Positions 24,255 through 36,755 of a DNA stretch of 64,000 nt are shown in pieces (positions within the stretch are counted from its first letter, which is position 1; every line of letters begins with the position of its first letter). A model generated the notes under the pieces. It did not search any database, was not told where the DNA came from, and worked only from the letters and a program-made list of their open reading frames with translations. This stretch comes from Octopus vulgaris. Taxonomy: Eukaryota. A program made the translations under genes and the position numbers. The stretch covers positions 42,594,001 through 42,658,000 of the forward strand of contig OX597819.1 of assembly GCA_951406725.2 (NCBI GenBank). The letters run 5' to 3'.

Positions 24255-26110
24255 TTCTGTTTCTTTGTTCATTCAAATACTTCCACAGTTATATTTACAG
24301 CAACTCCTATTTTTGTCAATATCTGAAGATGATATACACACATTCGGTGTTCAAAGAGAATGTGAAATACTTTTGTAAATATTCCAGGAAAACAAATGTT
24401 GCTATTAATTCAGAAGAAATATTTCAGTTATTCACCATTCATCTATTATATAAACTGGGTTATGTCTATTGTAACATCTTCCATTAGTCTTCAAAAGACA
24501 ATCAATATTCATGATATATTTGACGTAATAATTCCCTTTTACCACTAACATCTCATATTCTGAAATGACACAGAAACAGTAGAAGATATAGGAAACACTT
24601 GAAAAGCAGAGATTCAACAATAGAAAATATAACTTCATTTTCATAATGATTAACTGTGGATATAAACTTTTATCCCAATAATTAATCTTTAAAATTTATT
24701 TTGTTATTAAAATTATATTATACAACCTTGTGTAATGTCCACATATGCACAGCCTTCAGCTCGTTTTTGATATTTATTTTGTCATGGTTTTCGACACTCT
24801 ACAATTTTGTTGCAATTATTTTCAAATTTGGTGTATAGATTAAGTTTTGTTTACTAATTATGAAAATGAAAACCATTTTGGTACTTCTTTGAACCCCACC
24901 TCCTAATACTTTAAAACCAGTAATTAAAAAAAAAATTTTTTCAGATCTATGTTTTCCTATTTTACTTCCTTCCGTTATTAGACTCTGACCATGCTGGGGG
25001 CACCGCCTTGAAGAATTTATAGTCGAATTTACCGACTCCAGAACTTTTTTCTTACTTGTTTCAGTGAAGGCGGTGCCCCAGTATGGCCGCAGTTTAACGG
25101 CTGAAACGAGTAAGAAATAAAAATAAAACGAAAGACAACCGAAAAATATAACTGAGGAGTTTTGTCCTACACTCGTTGCAGTCAGCAATTTGTTTTATGA
25201 TGTTGCAGATAATTGTTTATTCCCAGGCGTAGGAGTGGCTGTGTGGTAAGTAGCTCCGGGTTCAGTCCCACCGCGTGGAACCTTGGGCAAGTGTCTTCTA
25301 CTAAATTAAAACATTAAGAACTGGCCATTTTAACTTTAGCATCCGATAAAATAGTAATAATACGAGGTACACAGCATCTCCCGAGTGTTAGTTCGGAATT
25401 CCTTGTGAGTGGAAACTGAAAGAGGCCCGTCGTGTATATATATGTATATGTGTGTGTCTGTGTTTGTCCCCCAACATCGCTTGACAACCGATGCTGGTGT
25501 GTTTACGTCCCCGTAACTTAGCGGTTCGGCAAAAGAGCCCGATAGTATAAGTACTAGGCTTACAAAGAATAAGTCCTGGAGTCGATTTGCTCGACTAAAG
25601 GCGGTGCTCCAGCATGACCACAGTCAAATAACTGAAACAAGTAAAAGAGTAAAAGAGGAGCTAAATAAAAGAGAATTATTTTGACAGAATAAACAGCAAA
25701 TACAGATGTTTAATAAATGATACCTCTAAAATAAAACAACAGACGGCTTTGAATGGACACAATCAACAAATGAAATATCTACTGGAATAAAAAAAATTAG
25801 AAATTTGGTGTTTTTTCACGGATATGCCAATTTTATCGGAGAATAGAATTAATATCGATTCAGACTTGTAACACTTGAAACTTTCACTTTTGTCTGAAGT
25901 TTCCAATTAGCCAGGTTCATCGGCTTTTACTAAAAATAAATTATGTATTCTATCTTACCTGTTATCTATCTATATAAGTATATATATATATATATAAAAT
26001 GATAAATAAATTAGTGTTAAATGTGAAATATCTTTAAGTACCTGAAGATGAAATATGATTTGAAAACACTTCGAAAAACCGACGCGGAAAGTTAACGAAA
26101 TGAACTGACA
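24255..26110 (-). pseudogene. Orphan ZNF 5' module (first exon ~25959-26110, acceptor at 24560, 5' UTR) lacking a zinc-finger ORF
   Basis: 24255-24762 aligns with 8410-8915; 25700-26110 aligns with 14040-14710 and 9780-10200; no fingers seen downstream. Confidence 0.75.
25225..25655 (+). mobile_element. OR-type SINE with internal deletion/insertion
   Basis: GGCGTAGGAGTGGCTGTGTGGTAAGTAGC...GACTAAAGGCGGTGCTCCAGCATG...AACAAGTAAAAGAG. Confidence 0.8.
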
Positions 26111-26683
26111 CTAGGAAGATGCTGTGTACCTCGTATTATTAATATTTTATCGGATGCTAAAGCTAAAATGGCCAGTTCTTAATGTTTTCATTTCGGTAAT
26201 TATATTTTGGGAAAATGAATTGCAAGAAAAAGATAGAAATAACAAAAGATACAAAAATATGCCTAGACTGTTTATTTTCAATTCAATTGCTACTTTTACG
26301 CTATACTGTTAACGAACCCCTAAGTTGTAGGGATGCAAAGAAATTAACAGCTTGTCAGGCAGATACGTGGCGTGCAAAGAGTGAAAAGACTTAATTTTTA
26401 CCCCACCAACCCTTCCTTTCTTTTATTATTTGTTTTTACAGAAACCCCGTTTCTCGGCTACAGAGATTCCGAATCTGAAAAAAGAAATTGGCAAAAATCG
26501 ACATTTCAAAATGCTGGAGCACCGCCTTTAGTCGAGCAAATCGACCCCCAGGACTTATTCTTTGTAAGCCTAGTACTTATTCTATCAGTCTCTTTTGCAG
26601 AACCGCTAAGTTACGGGGACGTAAACACACCAACATCGGTTGTCATGCGATGTTGGGAAGACACACATACATACATATATACT

Positions 26684-26716
<33 letters not shown>

Positions 26717-26724
<8 letters not shown>

Positions 26725-26960
26725 AAAGGGCTTAGTAAAATAAATTACTTTGCCACACACTGAACTCATTAGAAATAGCAGCTAAAAAAACTTTTTAGCT
26801 GCTATTTCTAATGAGTTCAGTGTGTGGCAAAGTAATTTATTTTACTAAGCCCTTTTATATAATGTAATAATTTGAATTCGCCTTAAATGGTCCCTTTACA
26901 TACTGAACACTTGGTGAAATTGATTAATAATTAATTAATTAATTTTACCCTCAATTGTTG

Positions 26961-26965
<5 letters not shown>
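26717..26965. repeat. ~147-bp near-perfect palindrome plus tail, inside (TA)n
   Basis: ATTATATAAAAGGGCTTAG...GCAGCTAAAAA-AAC-TTTTTAGCTGC...CTAAGCCCTTTTATATAAT. Confidence 0.85.
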
Positions 26966-26999
<34 letters not shown>

Positions 27000-27003
<4 letters not shown>

Positions 27004-28245
27004 GAGTGTATTTTTACCTTGTTAACAATTAACACGGAAAAATAAATAAATAGTTACCAGGGCAGCAAAAATCTCACAAGTAAAGATGTTGTAACTCCTT
27101 GATTTTAAAGGTAGAAACTTCGTGTTTACGTTGAATATTTGAATAATATGAATAAAAAATGGAGTTAACGCAGGTGTAAACAAATATTTTTACTTTCGAC
27201 ACATGTTTCGAAAATTCCACTGATACTATTCAAAAGAATAAATGGTATAAACAATGCAATCTTCTCTTCGGGAAAGTGAAAAAAACGAAACTTGTCAATA
27301 CGACATTTTAGCAAAAAATGATGGATTTGTATAGCGATAGACAGAACGCTATTAATATTGTTTAAAAAAACGTTATATGATATAACGTCATAAGTAGCTA
27401 ACAGAAAGAGTAGGGATATTAATAGTGAATGTTAAATATAAAGGAAGTTAAATTATATATAATGATAGAGACTACTTATATGCACTAAATGTATGTTTTT
27501 GCCAATGCTTACATCTGTAATAGAATTAAGTTTATGTCAAATAACTCTAAGGTTAAAAATTCTATATACCAGTGTATAATCAGTACTCGTAATAAAGTAC
27601 GATTTTACCTTGGAAGCACATCGTTAGAGTTATCTAAAAGAATTTCTATCCATTACTCAACATTTAGGGATAGAAATAAACGGAATAGTACCGGTCTCAG
27701 CAAACTGATTTGGGATTTAAAAGACCACAATGAACAATTTCATTTAGAATGGTTGATCCTCTTCATTTCGATACCATATGACAAAGGCAAGAAATTCTGT
27801 CTTCTCTGCAATTCTGAGCTATTTTCCATTTTTTTTTCTAAAAATACTCTAGTAAACACGGTTATAGAGCGAGCATACAGATGTAAGCATTGGCAAAAAC
27901 ATACATTTAGTGCATATAAGTAGTCTCTATCATTATATATAATTTAAACTTTAATTTCCTTTATATTTAACATTCACTATTAATATCCCTACTCTTTCTG
28001 TTAGCTACTTATGACGTTATATCATATAATGTTTTTTAAAACAATATTAATAGCGTTCTGTCTATCGCTATACAAATCCATCATTTTTTGCTAAAATGTC
28101 GTATTGACCAGTATCGTTTTTTTCACTTTCCCGAAGAGAAGATTGCATTGTTTATACCATTTATTCTTTTGAATAGTATCAGTGGAATTTTCGAAACATG
28201 TGTTAAAATATTTGTTTACACCTGCGTTAACTCCATTTTTTATTC
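27000..28245 (+). mobile_element. 5'-truncated Penelope-like element with inverted pLTR (arms 27150-27519 and 27876-28245) around a GIY-YIG fragment
   Basis: ORF 27489-27923 NSIYQC...FYLGST...RISIHYSTF...STGLSKLIWDLK...CLLCNSE; ~370-bp arms are near-exact reverse complements. Confidence 0.88.
27192..27277 (-). ncRNA. Type I hammerhead-like ribozyme (U4C core variant) in the inverted pLTR
   Basis: ACTTTC-CCGAAGA-GAAGATT...AATTTTC-GAAA-CATGTG-TC-GAAAGT. Confidence 0.6.
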
Positions 28246-28479
28246 GTATATATATATACATATATATTTTTTTTCTCTAGTTTCAGTTCAGAGCTGCGGC
28301 CATGCTGATGCACCGCCGTTTTGTGCTACACTGTTATTATGAAGAACCTCGTTTAATATGTGACACTTGGTGAAGAATGGAGTTTGATATAGCTACTCTC
28401 ATTTGCACCTCTTGCCGTGAGGTAGGTTCATCTGGGACTCTCGACAGGAAGATGTCCAGCTTTGATTGAAAAACCGCTA

Positions 28480-28969
28480 CATCTACTCTGTGCAAGTTCC
28501 TCAGACTCTTTGGGAGAATATTAAAAAGCTGTGGGCTCTTGAAACCCAGGCTGTTGCAGAAGCTGGGATCTTTGGCACTATGCAGTGTCGTCCCGTTCTA
28601 GCATTGGTCTAGCTTACAATGCCAAAATTTGGCACAATTCCTTCCAGGATCTTCCAGTCATATATTACTGCATACCTCTCCCGTCTTCTCTCCAGGGAGT
28701 AGAGTCTTAGCTGCTTCAACCTTTCCCAGTAGCTGAGCTGTTACAAAGAGACGATCTTCTTTGTGAATCTTCTCTGGATTGCTTCAAGGTCCGCTGTTAA
28801 TTTTACACTGGTGGGTGACCATAGCTTGAGCAGTAATCCAGGCGGCTGAGGACGAATGTCCGCTAGAGGACCATCATGGTTTCTTTATCTCTGGTTCCGA
28901 ATGTTTTTAGGATCCACCCAGCCAGTCGTCTGCACTTTGTCGCCATCCTGGTAATGTGCACTTGGAAAG

Positions 28970-28970
<1 letters not shown>
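28480..28970 (-). mobile_element. CR1-clade LINE RT C-terminal fragment
   Basis: Minus strand gives GWILKTFGTRDKETM..FVLSRLDYCS and YSLERRRE..WKILEG-like segments. Confidence 0.7.
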
Positions 28971-29021
<51 letters not shown>

Positions 29022-29027
<6 letters not shown>

Positions 29028-29185
29028 GACGGGCTTCTTTCAATTTCCGTCTACCAAATCCACTCACGAGGCTTTGGTCGGCCCGAGGCTATAGTAGAAG
29101 GCATTTGCCCAAGGTGCCACGCAGTGAGACTGAACCCGGAACCATGTGGTTGGTAAGCATGCTACTTACCACACAGCCACACCTA
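29022..29185 (-). mobile_element. OR-type SINE 5' half
   Basis: TTTCCGTCTACCAAATCCACTCAC...GGAACCATGTGGTTGGTAAGC. Confidence 0.8.
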
Positions 29186-29349
29186 CCTTTATATTTCAGA
29201 CGCAAAGGCCCATCTTCAGAAGGAAAAACACTTTGGGAAATAAAGTATGAAGACAACAACATTTCAAGAATTATTTCTACAGAAATTATAACCAGCATTC
29301 AGACGTCAGAGAACATAATAATGTGAAGATCACTGCAAACACACTAGAT

Positions 29350-29603
29350 ATGTCCCTCAGAAACAGATTGGATTTATTTACATTTGCGAATAAAAAAAGA
29401 TACTCTTCCTCCACCCCTAACCCTAATTCTAACTAATCGTAACCCTAAAACAGAATGAAATGCAATAGATCGATACTAGGGTTATAATTATGGGTAACAA
29501 TTTCATACGACACCGCTACGGAAAATGGGATTTTTTTCTAGCGGTGTCAAATGAAAATGTCATCCATAATTATAACCCTAGTATCGATCTATTACATTTC
29601 AAT
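29350..29603. mobile_element. Central part of the palindromic Merlin-type MITE family (same junction as 62568-63333)
   Basis: GACACCGCTACGGAAAATGGGATTTTTTTCTAGCGGTGTC is the reverse complement of the centre at ~62925-62963. Confidence 0.75.
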
Positions 29604-29747
29604 ATAGTGACTAGAACGTGTTTTGGCTTATAAAAACATTTAATATACGTTACGATATATTACGGTTGCTTACTGAAATATGCTGCCAATGTAGGATTTA
29701 AGATTGGCTAAAATAACATAACTTTTAGCTTGTAACTTTATTATTCA

Positions 29748-30034
29748 CTAGCAGTATCGCCCAGCGTTGCTCGGGTTTATAAGGGAAATAACTATATAAG
29801 CATTTTTAGAGAGTTACTTCCTTTATATCATTAAAAATGCGGAAAAGTTATGGTAAATTTTTTAAAAATCGTAAATTCATCGTAGACGCGCGCTAATACC
29901 CAGAAGGGCTCGATATGAATCACAACTATAAGATGCCCGCTTTTGGTTAAACTGCACCGCAAAATGTGGGAGTAGTTAGGAATCTAAATCGGAGTAGACA
30001 GACACACACACAACTTCATTTTTATATATAAAGA
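29748..30034 (-). mobile_element. Non-autonomous Helitron
   Basis: Minus strand begins 5'-TCTTTATATATAAAAA and ends CCCGAGCAACGCTGGGCGATACTGCTAG-3', inserted between A and T. Confidence 0.8.
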
Positions 30035-30484
30035 TTTCTAGAAAATAATCTTCAGCATTTCGAAACACCATTTTCTTTCTTAAATAATAATCTGGCGGAA
30101 TTTGAGATGTATCAATATCCATATCTACTATTAAGCATGATGATGAAAATTTTCTATTTTACCAAATTTAAAATTAACAGAGAATCATAATATTAAAGTG
30201 GAATTTTAGGATAAACTTAACTGATGTAACTTTTATTTAAATATTTTTTATCTTCTTTCTAATCTTGGTTTTTTTTAAACTTCATTTCTAGTTTCGTATC
30301 GTTTTTTTTTTATAATTCCCATTAATAAAATATAATTTCGTCGAGATATCCTTTACAATGCTTGGTTTAAAAAAGTCTGTATTATATTTTTAAGTGTATT
30401 TTGAAGCAATTAAAAAGGAAAAAATTGGTAACATTAATTTTGTAAATCACAAAAGATTGATAACATGATATCCACAACCATCAG

Positions 30485-30615
30485 AAATTAGTTCGTTTCA
30501 CTCTTTACCGTGTCGGTTTTTTTGAAATGTCTTACAATTCAATTTTTTGTTGAAACGTCTCTTAAGCTAAATTAAAGACATTTCACATTAATCCCAGATT
30601 TATATAAAACACCAG
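30485..30615 (+). promoter_or_regulatory. Putative non-coding first exon of ZNF-B
   Basis: TTCGTTTCACTCTTTACCGTGTCGGTTTTT motif; donor CAG|GTAAGT at 30616; acceptor TCATTTCAG at 32405. Confidence 0.6.
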
Positions 30616-32765
30616 GTAAGTAATTAATATACATTTCGGTTAAGTCGAAATCTCCGAATGCCTTGCTTTTTTATGTGTATGAAATATACCGTGGTCCCTT
30701 TCTCTTAGTATCGGCGATGGTTTGTCTACGTGTATATTCGGCTAAATTTGGGCAAGTGTATCCGAAAGATATACCTCTGTTTATACGATATATATGAAAA
30801 CAAATATTCACTTATAATGATAGAAAAACCAAAATGATTACTGCTCTCTGACTGTCGTTCTGGGCATAGTTTACGATTACGAGAACAATGATACAGTGGC
30901 ACAGTACCAAGGGAACAGGATTGGGGAGTTGGAGGCAAGCATCGTGCATGAATCGGAAATGTGAGGAAGCGAAGAGATATAGAGACGTAGCTTGGTTTGG
31001 CGTGGTAAAGTGTGAGAAGTTTTCTTGTTAAAAGTGGGTGAAACACAGCTTCTAGAATTCAGTTGCACATTTATTTGGGTACTACTAGAACAGTGGTCCG
31101 GTGCGCGCACTCGCGCATCCACACTAGCTAGTTGTAAGTAGTCGATCCTAGAACGACTCTTTAACCCTAAACGTAACCCTAACCTTTGTTTATAAAAATA
31201 ATTTATTTAATTTGTGTAAAAAAATTATTACATTGTTTTATATAAGCAGTTTTGAAGAGAGCAGGTTAGTTAACACTGTGGACCACAGTATTTTACTGGT
31301 ACTTTATGTTTATCGACTCCTTGGATAACCGAATTGACCACTTTGCTGGCCTCTGGTCAACAATGACAAGGAGTGGGGAGAGGATTGTTGGAAAGTTGAC
31401 ACGATACGTTTTTTTTTTTCCCTTCATAACTTTCAGGATCGAGTTTGGCGCCCTATCACGAACATGACGAAAAACCAGTCTAACGTTCAAAATCGTTGGA
31501 AGAGGTTATCGACTCCTTGGATAGCCAAGGTGTCAATGTTGACCACCTTGCTGACCCCTCGTCAAAACTGTAGATATGTCTGTTTGATCTGTCATGAAAA
31601 CAGCCAACCTTTTGTAATAAGCTTGCTCAAGCGAAGTTGACCTGGGACTAAACAACAGTGATGCTCCATGGGAGTCTCTATGTGGTCGGTCGACATGCTG
31701 GAAATAGCAGTTAAGTTCACTTCAAATTCTATTATCTGGTATTGAAAATTGAGAAGGAAGGCTGAGATGGTCATGGTAGGAATGCCTTTCTTCATAATTC
31801 TACTCTGACAGGCCTGACCTGCGACTTAACAACAGTGGATGTCTAGGCATATCTAGGGGGTTGGTCAACAGTAAAAATGTTTTACCTAAACTGCCCGTTT
31901 TGGTTTTAAAACTTAAGAATTATCTTGAAGAATAATATAGTTCAGGCAATAGAATGGCTGAAGCAAAGGTGGGATGATCATGGCTGGAATGCCTTTGATC
32001 ATAGACCTACTCTATCAGGACAGGCCTAGGGCTGAACAACAGTGACTAATTATGTTGCTGAAGATAGTGTTATCACAAAGCCTGGTGTAGTCTCCTGGGT
32101 CACCAGCTCCTCTCAAGCAGTCCAACCCATGCCAGCATGGAAAATAGGCGTTAAATGATGAAATGATGATTGTGTAGTTTAAAATGTTACATAATATCTG
32201 AAGGTGGAGGAGCCGATGCCTGTGAATATGTAGACATTACCTCAAGGTTGTAGAATATAATTTTAATAACAAAATAGAAAGTATCTTTTTAGGTAAAAAT
32301 TTATATCCACAGTTTATCCTTATAAAAACATACTAACATTTCTATTATTGAATCTCTCCTTTTTAACTATTTTCTTGATTTTATATTGTTTTTATATCAT
32401 TTCAGAACATCAGACGTCTGTGGCACGAACGGATTTTTACTAGAGATACATCAAGAATATTGATAAACTTTTAAAGACTAAAGGAAGATGTGATAAATAA
32501 TTGATATAAACATGTTTACATAATATGTCTATGATCAATAACTGTGAAATACTTTGTTCTGGACTGAGATTGATAGCGACATTTTTCTTCATCACTGCCT
32601 GGAATATTTACATTTCACATTCCAATTAAACATGGATACATTTACAAGGAAATCTGTAACCTTCAGATACTGACAAAGTCACTAGAAATATATATATATA
32701 TATATATATATAAACACAAGAAAAATATATATTTATTGTGGTAGTATCAGAAACATTATAGAACA

Positions 32766-33932
32766 ATGAGTTATGTTAGAAAGGATGGCTTATTTCCTGA
32801 AGAAACGACGAGAAAAAGAGAAAAATTATCATACCATTGTGATATCTGCAAAAAGTCTTTCTCTCAGAGAGGTTACCTAACTACTCATAAATGCATTTCT
32901 ACAGGAGAGAAGCCATATCACTGTGATATCTGTGGTAAATCATTCTCTCAAAATAACCTCTTGACTAAACATAAATACTTTCACACAGGAGAGAAACCAT
33001 ATCACTGTGATGATTGTGGGAAGTCATTTTCAACAAATAGTACCTTAAAAACTCATAAATGCAGTCACACAGAAGAAAAACAATATCACTGTGATATTTG
33101 TGGTAAAACATTCCCTGCGTTTAGTAACTTAACTATACACAAACGCATTCACACAGGTGAGAAACCTTATCACTGTGATATCTGTGGTAAGTTATTCTCT
33201 CAAAAAGGTAACTTAACTACTCATACACGTATTCATACAGGTATGAAACCATATCACTGTGATATCTGTGGTAAATCATTTGCAGTAAACGATGTATTAA
33301 CTAATCACAAACGCACTCATACAGGTAAGAAACCATACCACTGTAATATCTGTGGTAAGTCATTTGCTATAAATAGTACCTTGACAGCTCATAAACGCAT
33401 TCACACAGGCGAAAAACCATATCACTGTGATATTTGTGGTAAAACATTCTCTCAGATGAATAATTTAATTCATCATAAACGTCTCCATATAGGAGAGAAA
33501 CCCTATCATTGCGACATGTGTGGTAAATCATTTTCTGGAAGTGATGGCTTAACTATACACAAACGTATTCACACAGGAGAGAAGCCATATCGCTGTGATA
33601 TCTGTGGTAAATCATTCACTCAAAAAGGTCACTTAACTACTCACAAACGTCTGCATACAGGTAAAAAACCATATCACTGTGATATCTGTGGTAAATCGTT
33701 TGCTCTAAATGATGTATTAACCACACACAAACGCATCCATACAGGTGAGAAACCATATCTCTGTAATATCTGTGGTAAATCATTCACACAAAATGGTCAC
33801 TTAACTACTCACAAACGCATTCATACAGGTGAGAAACCATATCGCTGTGATATCTGTGGTAAATCATTTCCTCTTAATGATACTTTATCTAAACACAAAC
33901 TCATTCATACAGGAGAGAAAACGTCACCGTGA
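32766..33932 (+). CDS. Tandem C2H2 zinc-finger protein ZNF-B (13 fingers)
   Basis: 388-aa ORF with [16 protein letters not shown] repeats; finger 1 lacks the last His. Confidence 0.93.
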   Translation: MSYVRKDGLFPEETTRKREKLSYHCDICKKSFSQRGYLTTHKCISTGEKPYHCDICGKSFSQNNLLTKHKYFHTGEKPYHCDDCGKSFSTNSTLKTHKCSHTEEKQYHCDICGKTFPAFSNLTIHKRIHTGEKPYHCDICGKLFSQKGNLTTHTRIHTGMKPYHCDICGKSFAVNDVLTNHKRTHTGKKPYHCNICGKSFAINSTLTAHKRIHTGEKPYHCDICGKTFSQMNNLIHHKRLHIGEKPYHCDMCGKSFSGSDGLTIHKRIHTGEKPYRCDICGKSFTQKGHLTTHKRLHTGKKPYHCDICGKSFALNDVLTTHKRIHTGEKPYLCNICGKSFTQNGHLTTHKRIHTGEKPYRCDICGKSFPLNDTLSKHKLIHTGEKTSP

Positions 33933-34260
33933 CATCATCATTTTCATCAACATTTAATGTCTGTTTTCCATGGCTTTGCAGGAGCTGATGAGGCCAGGGG
34001 CTGCACCAGGTTCCATAGTCTGTTTTGGTTTGGTTTCTATGACTGGATACCTTTCCTAATGCCAACCATTCCACAGAGTGTACTGGGTGTTTCTGACGTA
34101 GCCCCATCACCAGTGCTTTTTACATAGCACCTTGGTTTCAGGATCTCAATTGTGTTATGGTGGGAAGGTCTTCTCCAGTACAGCAATGTACCACATATCT
34201 CAATCGTCTGTCATCTCCTTTATAAGGTTCAGCATTTTGAGATTGGCCTTCAATACTTCA
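33933..34260 (-). mobile_element. RTE 3'-tail-derived insertion immediately after the ZNF-B stop codon
   Basis: CATCATC...TTTAATGTCTGTTTTCCATG...CCTAATGCCAACCATTCCACAGAGTGT. Confidence 0.7.
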
Positions 34261-34480
34261 TCCTTCTGTGGTAAATAATTCTCCCAAGGAAATCACTTAA
34301 CCAGGCATATAAGTATCCATACAGGAAAATATCACTAGTTGTGTGAAATCTCCCATTTTTTTACTGAGTGTTGGACCTAAAAACATTATCTCAATCTTTA
34401 GTCATTTCAGCTGCGAGATTGAGATTTTTCACTTCTGAACTCATCATATTTTGTGATTATTTGTTGAAACCTGAAAGAAG

Positions 34481-34486
34481 AATAAA
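34481..34486 (+). terminator. Putative polyadenylation signal of ZNF-B
   Basis: AATAAA in a context conserved with ZNF-A (6151). Confidence 0.55.
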
Positions 34487-36718
34487 GTTGCTTTACTCAC
34501 TAATTATTCTCCATTGATTTTATATGTAGAACGTCTAAGCATAGGTATAGGCGTAACTGTGCGTTAACAAGTTTGCTTGCCAATCACATGGTTCTGGGTT
34601 CAGTCCCAATGTGTAGTACCTTCAGTGAGTGTCTTCTGCTATGGCATCAGACTGACCAAAGTTTTGTGATGGAAACTGAAAGAAGCCCATCATATATATA
34701 TATATATATATATATAAGGAGATGTAACTTTAGAATGAAGTGTATATGTAGAAACTAATAAACACTAAATGCACATACACATATATTTATGTGTATAAGC
34801 AAATTTTATTTCACCTTTTATTTTTATTTTATTCTTTATTCCTTGTTTCTTCTTATTTATATTTTATTTTATAAATACCAACAAAGTGATCCATTTATGC
34901 ATATACACTTACACATGAATATACACATAGGAACTGATGTAGTAACTTTACAAGGAAGAAATATCTGCATATGCAAGCTAATATATAAACAATATACACA
35001 TACGCATGTATGAACATGTATAAACAAATTTCATTTCACCTTCATTTTTTTTAATTCTTTATTCCTTATTTCTACATATTTATTTTTTATATTTTATATA
35101 TTTTATAATCACCCTTCCAGAAAAATGTGTGATTTCTTTCCCTAATGGAACCAGAGTCAGCAAGTCTTGTCTCTTGCAGGGCAGTGCTGTCTGCATTCAG
35201 CTGTGTGAGCTCCCTGACAATGATTGCCATTCCAGGTCCCCAGTTTCAGTGGGGTTCAATTTCAATTTTCTTTCTCTTTTGCCAGGTGCTGGGCTTTACA
35301 TCTACTTTTCAGTTTTTATCCTAGCTCCATACACCCTTAGCGGACAGACGTGGTGGATGAGCACCTTACTGACTGGAGACTGCCCAGTTTAAGGCGGGCG
35401 GTAGCTGATCAGTGCGATTGAATAATCACTCCTATCGTTGAAGATGACCTGTGGTAACATCCCGCTTCACCAAATAAGGATACCTTATAACCTGTAATCT
35501 GCCACTCCTCTGTTGTTTTCCTTGACTGTTACAGCAAAGATGAAGTGTCCTCTCTTTTTTTTTTTATCTTTTTGCTGCGTCCTCCCAGAAATTCTATGTC
35601 CTTGGCTAAGCTAAATGCCTGGGCTCTGAATGTATGGAGAATGTGCCTTACCCAATTTGCACGATCCCTCTCTCGAATTCACTGATTTAGTCCAAAGGAG
35701 AGACAAGGTCAGTACATCTGGAACCAGCAAAGTTGCAGGGGCTGCCAGAGGATAGTTTGGATCATTCCTCCCCATCAACTGCCTTAGGGGCCCTCTCTTC
35801 TGATTTTCTATTTGGGTTTATTCCCTTAGCCTTTCATAGTCCTGTATATGTCTACAAGGCAGCAGAAACAACCGCAGGTTGTACCATCTTCTGTCATTTT
35901 GGTAGCAGCATTAGTCTAACCTGACACACACACAAAGGAGATAAACGAAAAATAAAGTGTAAAATGATATATATAGATGAAAGATATGACATCAAGAAAT
36001 AGAAGATAATATATGTACATAAAGGTAAAAATAAAATTTAAAATATGACATGCATTCTCTTTCTTTTTCTCTTTTACTTGTTTCAGTCATTTGACTGCGG
36101 CCATGCTGGAGCACCGCCTTTAATCGAGCAACTCGACCCTGGGACTTATTCTTTGTAAGCCCAGTACTTATTCTATCGGTCTCTTTCGCCGAACCGCTAA
36201 GTGACAGCATATATATATATTACAGACATTTTTTTGTTGGATGGCCATTGACTGTTCATGGAGTTCCTCTGCCCTTTGACGGAAATTATTTTTTATGCGC
36301 TTAAACGTACACACACATTTACAAACATGAACATAAACTTTCTTTCATGAATATAAATTATATTTCACTTTTTAAAAATTTTATTCATTATATAATCTCA
36401 TTCTAACATACTGTAAAACATTATTCATGATTATTATTATTATTGAAGTTAAAAATAAAGTAATATTTTTAAAGCATGTGTGCACACATATATACACATT
36501 GGAGTATTCCAACAGATCATGATGTAATCCTTAGATTGTCCTTTTGTCTTCCCCAATGATTTTCCACCACAGCTGTTTTAAAATATAAGATTATATATGT
36601 TTTGTAATTTAAATTGTGGTTGTAGAATGGAACAGTTGTAGGTGATGGTTTTAATAAATTAATAAAATAATTTATATCCAATAGATCTCTCCGTTTTCTA
36701 ACTTATTAATAATATGTA

Positions 36719-36755
<37 letters not shown>

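Noticed and set aside
32766-32830. KRAB/SCAN/ZAD/BTB effector domain on the ZNF proteins
   Set aside because: The N-termini before finger 1 are only ~13-25 aa, and no upstream coding exon was found
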